The notes under the pieces are model-generated. The model did not search any database and had not been told where the DNA came from. It was given only the letters and a program-made list of their open reading frames with translations. The position numbers were made by a program, and so were the translations under genes. From Spizellomyces punctatus DAOM BR117 (taxonomy: Eukaryota): a stretch of DNA of 64,000 nt. Position 1 is the stretch's first letter. Each line of letters starts with the position of its first letter. Positions 13,750 to 23,906 of the stretch are shown here, in pieces. The stretch is from NCBI GenBank assembly GCA_000182565.2, contig KQ257455.1; one strand, given 5' to 3'.

Positions 13750-15023
13750 CTATTGCTTGGCCCATAACATGAGCATCTCGTACACAGCCATCACGGTATA
13801 CTTTCGGTTCTCGGCCTCTTGAAAGACAATCGAGCGCTTAGGGTTGTAAAACACCTCGTCGTCCACCTCTTCCTGTTTACGTGGCAGGCAATGCATAAAC
13901 TTCCAGTCTGGCTTCGCACCTCCTTCTTTGGCCATTTTCTCCGTGATCTAATTGCAATCAAAGTAAGAATCCCTTGTATAATAGGGATTGTCGAGAAGTG
14001 AAAGCAGTACCTGATAACCAGCAAAGTCTTGAAGCCTCTTGGCTTTCTCCGACTCTTGTCCCATGGACACCCAGGTATCCGTGATGATAATGTCTGAATC
14101 CTTCACTGCCGCACGGGGATCTTTCACAAATTCAACAGTTCCGTTCTGGTCGCCCCCGGTAGCTTCGCCAATGGCAAAGTTCACAACATCAGGATCACAA
14201 TTGTAGCCCTTGGGGGTGGCGACAGATAGGTGGACAGGACCCAAACGCGGGAGCGTCACGAGCAACGAATTGATAATGTTGTTGGCATCACCAACCCAGG
14301 CAATTTTCATAGGCGGTAGCAACGGAAGTGGAAGTCCAAAACGATCGACAGTGGTCAAAGGATCTTTGAAGCTTGTCTCGTACAAGGTCATGACATCGGC
14401 AAGCCCTTGCAAAGGATGGTACTTTGCCGTAAGGGCATTAATAACCGGCACCGTCGAGTTCTCTGCAATAATCTGAAGTGATACCGGCCATCAGCACACA
14501 GCGCGAGCTTGAAGTGTTTCATGAAAGGACGCCTCACCTCAATCTCCTCATGAGCACCCACACGCGCCAACAACGCATCAACCATACTACTGACAACGAC
14601 GGCAGTATCCTTCAGAGGCTCTCCACCACCAATCTGAATGTCCTCTTTACCCAAAAACATGGGGTGCCCACCAAAATACGCCCAACCGGTCTCAGCAGAC
14701 ACACGCGTCCGGGTGCTTCGTTTTGTAAAGATCATACCAAGCGTCTTTCCAGCAAGGGGCTGTGCGAGCTCGATATTCGCCCCTTTTCGTTCGGCGGTGA
14801 GCTGTTGTTTCAGTTCAAGGGAGCGACGAATGAGTTGAAGAATTTGGGGAGTAGAGAAATCTCGCAGCGTCAAGAGGTTCTTCACGCCCTTGAAACTGAC
14901 GGCAGGAGATGGGTCTTTGGCGACGTTTGCCGTAGCGGCACTCGACATGCAACGGTGGCGGATAACTGGCATTACGCTGGGTGTGGCCACGCGGCCAAAA
15001 ATGGTACGAGTGTAGACGGGCAT
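13750..15023 (-). CDS. ARG3: Ornithine carbamoyltransferase, mitochondrial precursor
   Basis: [47 protein letters not shown]. Arg-rich N-terminal presequence. Confidence 0.97.
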
Positions 15024-15363
15024 GTTTTGAAAATTAAAGTGTGTAATAGATGACAGCAATAGTTTTCTACAAATTGCAAGTTTTCCAAAGCTGCAAACCA
15101 AAGACATGTCGTTCAGCATCCCCGTCCGCTTCAAGTCAACTCAACCGTGCTCAACTCACCTGGTCCGACAAGTAATCCAGCTCCACCTTTTCCGACTCGT
15201 GGTGTGTGACCCAGCAGGACGAGACTAACATGTAAAACCGCTGGACGAAACCAAAATTCGGGAAACGAAAACGCAACGACAATGTCAAGAAAGCCTTTTG
15301 CAAGTCAAATCTCGTTTTTAAAAGATCGCCATCCATCATGTGATACAAGATGTTTGTCATTGG

Positions 15364-15370
15364 TGACTCA
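15364..15370. promoter_or_regulatory. TGACTCA Gcn4/CPC1 (AP-1) site in the ARG3/SAM4 divergent promoter
   Basis: Exact heptamer between two amino-acid metabolism genes. The same motif also occurs upstream of THI4 (1568-1574) and HMGCL (40704-40710). A heptamer can occur by chance. Confidence 0.4.
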
Positions 15371-15445
15371 TGCATTACATAAGCAATCGGTTTTGTTTCT
15401 TTCGAAACGATTTCTTTCATCTTGTCATTTTGTTTTTTTGGCAAG

Positions 15446-16574
15446 ATGGCTGTCGTTAACCCTTTTGACGTCTTTGGGGATCAAGTTGTCGTGCTAGATG
15501 GTGGACTGGCAACTGAGCTCGAGACAGTCTTTGGCAAAGATCTCAGTGGACCTCTATGGAGTGCGAGGTTGGAAACCTGAAAGCCACATTTGCTCCATCG
15601 GTAGACAAGATTCACCCAATCTGTTTCTGCAAAGAAAAGGATTCTCCAAGAAGACCCGGATGCTATCAAAGAAGTTCACATGCGCTATTTTGAAGCCGGT
15701 GCTGGTGTGTATTTGTATTTTTGCAACGCTCTGACGGGAGCAACATGGCACTTTTGATCGACAATCAGATGTCGCAACCACAAGCAGCTATCAAGCATCC
15801 GAGGAGGGCCTTCGTAAACTTGGTCTAACACCAACCGAATCAATTTATCTCATGCAACGATCCATTCAACTTGCAGTGGATGCTCGAAAAGAGTATCTCG
15901 CCAGCCTTCCTCATCCACGTATCAAACCACTCATCATTGCCGCTTCGCTCGGCAGTTATGGCGCGTATTTGGCAGATGGAAGCGAGTATACAGGGTCATA
16001 TCCTCCACATGTAACGGTAGACGTGATATCAAGTTTCCATAGCCAAAAGGCTAGAATACTTGTCAATCAACCGGGTATTGACATACTCGCTTTCGAGACG
16101 GTCCCTTGTCTCATGGAAGCCCAAGCCATAGCGCACGCATGCAAGACTGATCCACTTCTCTCTCAAACGCCTGCGTGGGTCACTTTTAGCTGTAGAGGGG
16201 ATATGAAGGGTGAAGTCTGCCACGGAGAGAACCTCACGGATTGTGTGGCGGCTCTATTGGATGTCCCGTCCATTGTGGCGGTTGGCATCAACTGCACAGA
16301 TCCAGTTGCTTGTGAAACACTTGTTAAAATTGTTGCTCATATTGCAAAAGGGTTGACGATCATTTGTTACGCCAATAGTGGCGAAGAATGGGACGGAGAG
16401 AAGAAACGGTGGATTAAACGGGGGGAGAGAGGTGATCCTGGATGGTATGCAGACCTAGCAGTCAAATGGGCGGAGGCGGGCGCAAGGGTTATTGGAGGAT
16501 GCTGCAGAACAGGGCCCCAGCATATTCGCGAATTGGCAAACCGGCTAAGATCTAGAGCAGAACGCGTACCATAA
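15446..16574 (+). CDS. SAM4: Homocysteine S-methyltransferase (MmuM/Sam4/Mht1 family)
   Basis: VVLDGGLATELE, LWSA, YFEAGADVATTSSYQAS, SLGSYGAYLADGSEYTG, AFETVP. Zn ligands in GINC and IGGCCRTGP. Confidence 0.93.
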
Positions 16575-16788
16575 ACAGAGGACGCCCATTCTCTTGACAT
16601 GCATTGCAGAGCGTCAAGTATAAAAACTTTCGAGTAGGTTATATTTGGATAGTATCAAATGAGGTATCATCCCTCTAGATAACAAACCATACAAACTAAA
16701 ACACATATCAAGGCATAAAACTATACTATGAGGCAGCACAAGATGTTTTTTTTTTCTACCCCACCACCCAAAACTAAACACAAGAGAT

Positions 16789-19251
16789 TCAATCCAACAA
16801 TTCATAAATATTCCTGTACTCTACGCTCAACTTGGGTCGATTGACAACCAATTGTCCTTGAATATGGAAAACTCTCGCAAGAACAATCAAATAAAAGAAG
16901 ACCACCAGCGCCACCAGAAACTCTAGCACACCAGAGATTTGTCCAGGTGCATATAATTTCACGGTGGAGAGGATAAGCCCAAAGAAGCTTCGCGGGTTCC
17001 CTTGAGCATCAATGTGGGCCGACCTCCAACGGGCATGCACGTCCGTGTCGGATCCTTTGACTGTTGCACGGGCGTACTCGGTGGCAGTCTGGAGTAGCGG
17101 TTCGACTTGGTCGATTACAAAACCTGGAATGATGCGACCCAGGACACCTTGGCCCTTTGCAATGTATGGCTTGGAAACGCGCTGAGCGCGTTTGACACCT
17201 TCTGTTTCGACGAGTTTATTGATTTGCTCAGGAACAGCTTTACCAGTCCACAGATCATAAGCGTCTTGTCGTCGCCCGTCAACAAACTAATGCAAGAGCC
17301 GTGTCAACTCCCGTGTAAATACGGATCATTAGCGTATTCTTCAAACTTACATTATTCAGGTAGTATCGTGTCAATGAGTTGATACCATCCGTCAAGCTAC
17401 CTGTCAACGTCTTCTTTCCCGTTCGCGTCACATCAGCCTTCAATGCACCGGTACCGGCATAAAGAAGGGAAATGGCATCACCCGAATCGGCCCAGAGGTT
17501 TGTAAAAGGCTTTGCAAACGGTTCCAAGGACTTGCGCATCAAGGCGACAGGGTCGCGCATATCACTGGCAATCACGCCATTGATACCAGACTCGACAGCA
17601 GGTAGTTCTGCGGTGATGGACTGGACTTGGTATGGAAGCATGTAGCGAGCAAAGATACTGCAGGTGAGGTTGGTACGGTCCAAACTGTCCAGGCACGACA
17701 CACGCGCCAGACCGGTTTGAAGTTTGGTGACGTGCAGGTCGCCCACCTCGCCTTCCGCAATAAACCACCCGCTGTTGACAAGTCTGTCCCGAACACGATC
17801 CATCAAAATCTCCATATTTCGGAAATTTCTGTTCTTGCACCACTTGTTGATCGGGAACTCTTCATACGAAACCTTTTCATCGGCAAACCGCCTAACGGTT
17901 TCCTCATACACTTTGGTCAACCGTCCCTCGAATCCAGTCACATCCAACAAGTTGACACAAACGACCTTGCCAATGTCAGCGCCTCCTTCCTTCACCGCCT
18001 TTTCGCCAATGTACTGGTGTCTGAGATCGTCATAGTGCTTCTTGATGGATGTCCATACTTTGGGCTTGTTAATGTCGGCAATAAGCAATTCCGGGCGGTA
18101 TCTCAAGTCAAGCTCCTGTCCCCAAATGGAGGGAACGGAACCGCGAACCTGAATGTACGTGGAAAGACCTTTGTAGCTGTGAAAGTCTTCGTGATAGACA
18201 ATTTGCTCCATCTCCACATTGTTCGCTGTGTTTCCATCAAAGTCGAGACCTCGACGAACGTAGCGGGTACCGACACGGCGGCGATTTAATCGGGAAATGA
18301 GGGTCAACTTGTACGGTCGAACGACCTCCTCGTTGTGCTCAAGTTCCACGGGAAGCTTAACATTCATGTCGATTGTGCCAGCAAATCCACAGATGACGTT
18401 CAAAACCCAAGGTTCGGCAGCCTGTCCAGCCTTCAAAAGAGGTCCTGCGAGATGCTTTGTGAAAAAGTATCGATCATCGATGACGGTCTTTTGTGCCTTT
18501 CCAGAACTTTTCAGATAGTTATGTTGGACAGAGTGCGTAATGTCGTAAGTCGTAGAGTAGTACAAATGTCCAGAGTTTGCGATCTGGTTGATGGATTGGA
18601 GGAGCTCTTGGTCCAGAGTGTACTGGCAGATCAAAAGTGACAAGATGTCAGCAGGATGTCATCTCTTTAAATCCATGCTACACAACAACAAACCTTTGCC
18701 AGAGTCGTCTCATCAACCTTCTTTTGCCTAATCAACTGATTGTCATTTCCAGTCCCAATAGGCAAAAGACTGGCCGCAGTGATCCTCCAAATCTTGTGAG
18801 ATTGCAATGTAGCAGCCAAGGTTCGTGCAGTAGCGACAACGAGGTATTGTGCTGGTAGCAACAACATGATAATTAATCACTTGACAGTGCTGCTGCGCCT
18901 AACGTGGGCAAGTGCCGTTGCAAATATGACACTCACCATAGACCAATTCAATAACGCCAATGACACCACAAACTTCCAAAGAGGATGTGATTCCATCGGA
19001 TGCCACTGGCAATGCCCGTTTCTTGTCTATCATCCGGTTGGGAACGTTTCTTGTTAGTACAAAAAAATGACCATTCTATGCGTCGGCTCAGGCTCACCTT
19101 GCACACTAACGCCATCTTGCATCACAACCAGCATGTCCGTAATCTCCTCTCCCGCTTTGGCATTTTTCAAAATATGAGGACTTTCCGCTAGGTACCTTCC
19201 GTCTCGTGTGCGAAATACACGGAAGGAGTCGCGATCCACCTTGTTTGACAT
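16789..19251 (-). CDS. SAC1: Sac-domain phosphoinositide phosphatase with C-terminal TM segments (Sac1-like)
   Basis: LYYSTTYDITHS, LISRLNRRRVGTRYVRRGLD..GNTANNVEMEQI, QVRGSVP, catalytic CLDSLDRTN (CX5R), YAGTGALKAD. TM segment followed by VNRPKL. Confidence 0.9.
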
Positions 19252-19616
19252 TGGTTGCAAGCAATGGGATATGTGTGTGTGTGTTTTTTTGTATTGCAAA
19301 TGACGCAAAGAAGACGTATGAACGCCGAAAAGGCACAATATAAACGGAATACGCTGGTCGCAAGTGCTCCGTCGGTCTAGAAGAAATCTCAAAAAACAGT
19401 CAATGGTAATGGACTGCAAATCAACCAACTGAGTCCAAACGTGCTTCCCACCAAACCTTTCAAAAACCTTCCAGAAGGCGACTTTGCAATTTACCATAAA
19501 TGGTAGTATGACTCATGCTTACAAAACTGTTTATATTTGATATTCCACAATGGGCCATGATAAAAGTTTAAAATCTACTCGAGAAATATAATATGAAAAG
19601 TGGTTTCCTAAATTTT

Positions 19617-20908
19617 TTACAAGACTTCGTTCTCAATGACAGCTGCAGCTCCCATACCGATACCAACACACATTGAAATCACACCAAAGCGCTTCTTCTG
19701 ACGACGAAGCTCGGGAAGGAGAGTGGCAACTTGACGGGCACCAGTGGCACCCATTGGGTGTCCAAAAGCAATGGCACCACCCTTGGGATTCACCTTCTCA
19801 ATTGGAATACCCAATCGGTCCACACAGTAGACAGCTTGGGAGGCAAAGGCCTCGTTGATCTCGTAAATGTCAACATCCTCGATCTTGAGACCGACCTGGC
19901 GCAGCACCTCGGGAATGGCCTTTTCTGGGCCAATACCCATAATTCTTGGTGGGACACCGACAACAGAGAAACCAACCCAGCGGGCAAGGGGCTTGAGACC
20001 GAGTTTCTCGGCGACGCTACGGCGCATCATAAGGACAGATGCGGCACCATCAGTGATCTGGGACGCGTTACCGGCTGTAGTAGAGCCGTTCTTGCCGAAA
20101 GCGGGGCGAAGCTTGGCAAGAGACTCGGCAGTGGTCGCACGGATACCGTCATCCTTGCTGACAATGGAACCATCGGCAAGCTTGACGGGAACAATTTCCT
20201 CGTCAAAGAGACCTTCCTTTTGAGCCTTGGCGGCCAAGTTGTGGGAGCGGAGGGCAAACTTATCCTGAACATCACGGGAAATCTTGAACTCTGCAGCAAC
20301 GTTCTCAGATGTCTGACCCATGGGAATCAAAACATCAGCAGCTGGGCCGTATTCGAGAATGGAAGAGTCAAGGTCGGTGGGCATAGCGCCAGGACCGTAG
20401 TACATGGTCATGGACTCAACACCGGCACCGATACCAACGTCAATGTAACCAGCCTTGATGGCAGCGGCAATGTTGGCGCATGTTGTCAAACCACTGGAGC
20501 ACTGACGGTTGACAGCAGAGAGAGCGGCCGTCTCGGGGAAGCCAGCGTACAAGGCAGCCATACGGGAGGTGGTGACACCAGCGCCGGGCATGAGGACATT
20601 TCCGACCTGAATATCCTGGACAATCTTGGGGTCGATACCCGTCTTTTCAATAATGCTCTTCAAACTAGCGGCCAGAATGTACTCTGGGTGAGTTTCCTTG
20701 AAACCACCCTTTCCACCCTTGGTAAGAGGCGTACGGAGAGCAGAGACAATGACAACATCGTCGGGGCTCTTGGGAGCTTTGGCTGCATATCACAAATCAG
20801 ATCAGTTTTCGTTGACAACACAAATTGTGAATGATGTGGGAATGCCATACCAGCTCCAGTGACCGTAAGGTGGCCAGCAATGTTGTCAATACGGCGAGAG
20901 GCAGACAT
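19617..20908 (-). CDS. POT1: Peroxisomal 3-ketoacyl-CoA thiolase
   Basis: PTS2 RIDNIAGHL, VNRQCSSGL, INEAFASQ, AFGHPMGATGAR, SMCVGIGMG. Strong codon bias. Confidence 0.96.
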
Positions 20909-21269
20909 GATTGTATGTGTGATTAAAGAGATAGTTGATCAGATGAGGGAAATGATCAAGTCGGAGGGGATTGGCGTGGATGGGCCTGCCCTTTATACTC
21001 CCACCAACTGGTTAAAAAAGCCGAAGGTTTCCGGCGGTTTCCAAGTTTCATATGCCTATATTTAGTAACCTTAAATTACGTGACTCCACCTTCACATGTC
21101 TGGCAGGTCACGCGCATCTAAAAATGGAAAGTCTCGTGACGCGTGGAGATGGAGTTTTGGCAGTTTGTTATTCCGAGCAGGGCGTGTTGGAGAAGGCCTT
21201 GGGGGCTTAAAGGCTGGACGGGGATCTCATGATCATGACAAAGGGCAAAATGACAAATGGCCATGAACA

Positions 21270-21292
21270 GATGATGATGATGATGATGATGA
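21270..21292. repeat. (GAT)n microsatellite
   Basis: About 7 tandem GAT units in the POT1/DDIAS-like intergenic region. Confidence 0.8.
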
Positions 21293-21627
21293 CAAATGCA
21301 AAGTTCAAACGTGTTTGGGGGACTGAGCAATGGAGGGAATGAGATGTTGGCAAGATCTTGAGGACACCCTTTCTTGTGTGTGTGTATATTGGATGGACGA
21401 TGCTGAGAATCGTAACGCATGTGAGCTGCATGCTTGTTGAATGTTAACGTCATTGGCAGAAACATGCATGCACATTTTGTGTTATGGGAGATGTCGACAC
21501 AGATCTCCCTGATCTGCTCGCCAATATCGGACATGCGCATTACGTAAGCAGTCCGAATGTCCAGACGCGTGGAGTACGATGCTGCAAAAAGTTGGCAAGG
21601 CGAAAGCCATTAGGAAATGACCAGTTT

Positions 21628-22979
21628 ATGCCTTTTATCACCACGCTCACACCACTTCGCATTCTCCAAGCGAATTCATTTACATTCCCTTCGTGTAAGC
21701 ATTGTCTTGTAAAACTTGACTCTGAATACCAGCCAGGTTCTGTTGTCTGCCCGCGCTGTCACGCAGTGTACGCCGCTCGTGATGCGCCGAGGAGATATAG
21801 ACTACAGCTTCTAGCTTCTTGCCCGAATGGGGCCGTAAGAAAACGTGAGTACTTTCATACACACTGAATTACCAGAATAGAACATTAAGAATGTGAACAG
21901 TGACCATTTTTGGAGCTGGCCTCGATCCGATTTTCGGCCTTTCTGCTTCATCCTTTGAGACATATCTCCAAGCACCAACCGCAGTGCCACCGCAGCTTGT
22001 TCTCTCTGCTCTACACCATGTGCTCTGTGGCTCACGGTTATGGGCGTCCATACCATCCCGATATACAGTCCAAAGTTGCCAAACCTCCGAAATGGTAGAG
22101 CAAGTGCTACAGAGAGCAGACAGTGTGGAAAGCTTAGTCAAAGAGTTAAAAGGTTCTTCCACTGTGGAGAAAGTAGAGTTACGGCCAGATACAATCATTA
22201 GCAATGTCAAGCCAATGCTCGGGCTAAAGTCGACAGTAGTATCAATCCTGAACAGTAGGGACTTTTACAAGGTCAAGAAGGATGAACATGTGGTGCCTTC
22301 ACCCGCTGTCGACCTTGAAGAAACTGAATCGTGGGAACTTATCCCTCTTGCTCAGTGCAATAGTCCTGCCCAAGGTGGATTTTGGATGGATGAAGGTGCT
22401 CAGTTTCTATTCGAGGAAATTTCTTTGACTGAATTTTTGGACGCGTCCGCCGAGGCTGGAACGCCAGCAGTGGCCAAGAGTCCTTCCGTTACCCATATAT
22501 CCCATCATACTCGAAATGACGAATCTCCGCTGGATGGAGGATTGGGAGATAACATTGAGGACCTCTTCCAGGATTTGGCACTCGACGACTGGTCAGATGA
22601 GGACTATGTTATCAAATCAGATCCTGCTGCGCCCGCTGCTCAGACTCATGATAATAACCTCGGGAATGAAAAAACAAACCACTCTGAATGTGAGGATGCT
22701 GATCGTGATGATGAATATGACACCGGCGTTGAGGAACTGTTTAAGGATTTGGTGCTCGACGATTTGTCTGATGATGATAATGGTCTCAAGCGGGAGCAGC
22801 CGGATTATGCTGCTCGGACGAATGATACTCCACTGGGGCGTGGAATAACAGACCACTGTGAAGGTGAACATATCCATCCTGATGATGAATATGATTCATT
22901 GGACACGAGCTTTGACGATGTAGAGTTGATAGAGCTTTTAGAAAACCTCGCATTATCTGCTGAGGCAGGCGAACGTTAA
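21628..22979 (+). CDS. DDIAS: DDIAS/noxin-like protein: N-terminal Zn-ribbon OB fold (RPA70C-like) plus acidic C-terminus
   Basis: With intron 21845-21900 removed: LQANSFTFPSCKHCLVKL...VCPRCH...RRYRLQL...KLTIFGAGLDPIFGLSASSFETYLQ. This parallels the recalled human DDIAS N-terminus (SFIYPSCQKC..CPKC..YRYKLSL..TVFGSCLDTFFGLTA). Confidence 0.72.
22554..22901 (+). repeat. Diverged 174-bp (58-codon) tandem duplication inside the DDIAS-like CDS
   Basis: Units start at 22554 (IEDLFQDLALDDWSDED...DDEYDT) and 22728 (VEELFKDLVLDDLSDDD...DDEYDS). Confidence 0.85.
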
Positions 22980-23906
22980 CTGGATATAACTCTGTTGAAT
23001 CTCTTGCGCTATCTCGAAAAAAGCTTTCCGAACAAAATGGTATTAAGCTCGAGATTCGAGATCTAACTTTGGAATATTGGGAACCAAAATCCCAAGTAGT
23101 CTCTGGTGTCCTTGCAGTCCCCGACAGGTTGGTTCCTCACTTACTAGCCAATTCGGATTCGCGGTTGTGCCACTTGCATAGTCACAAAATTGTCACTGGC
23201 ACTGTCCTTTCCTGTAATCCTCTAGCATCATGTCCATCCCGTTACATACAGTGTGCCAAGAGACATGATAATCTTTCCAGAAACCGCCAGCCTTGGTAAA
23301 CGTTTCGTCAACAGATGTAAAACTAGGAGATGCCTTGCACGGCGACCGGTGTCGAAAAAGCTCAAAGGCGCTCACGGGAACTTATAACTTTCACGTTCCA
23401 ATGCACAAACGAATGTATAGACTTAACAGTCAACAGAATCAAGTTCTGCCCTCCTCCAGCTGGTCACATTCTCAATTTCTTATTTCTGCGTTTTTGGTTA
23501 CATATAAAGCTTGGTACGAAACCGTCAAGTTGGTAAAGTTCGCCTGAAGCAAGAAGCAGCAAGAGTACTTATCCGCATCCTAGACGGTTCATGGTGCTTC
23601 AAACAAGGTTAAAAGAATTGATCGGCTAGTAAGTGGATAACGCATAGACGCAGCTGGGTAAGATTTTGATAGCACGGAAAGGATAACTATGTGCAAAACA
23701 TACTTGCGCATAAGGATAATGTTCAGTTGAAGAAAGTTTCAAAATAGCACTTAGTCTCCTATCGGGTTGAATCCCAGCTTACGTAGTCCTGACGTGGCTT
23801 GGCCTTTTGAGCTCAGATCAGATATCCTCGCAGGCCAATTTCCTACGACCCGTTTTCCAGCTGTGGAACGGAAGCCATGCTGGCAGGAGAAGATCGACAG
23901 TCTAGG

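Noticed and set aside
17627-18289. Long antisense ORFs over SAC1 (and similarly over ARG3, PRP4 and LYS4)
   Set aside because: Shadow frames with no motifs. The opposite strand carries the conserved genes.
19731-20834. 367-aa plus-strand ORF
   Set aside because: Antisense shadow of the strongly codon-biased thiolase gene.
23138-23635. 12-bp inverted repeat CACTTACTAGCC...GGCTAGTAAGTG as possible MITE ends
   Set aside because: No target-site duplication. One such match is expected by chance in 64 kb.
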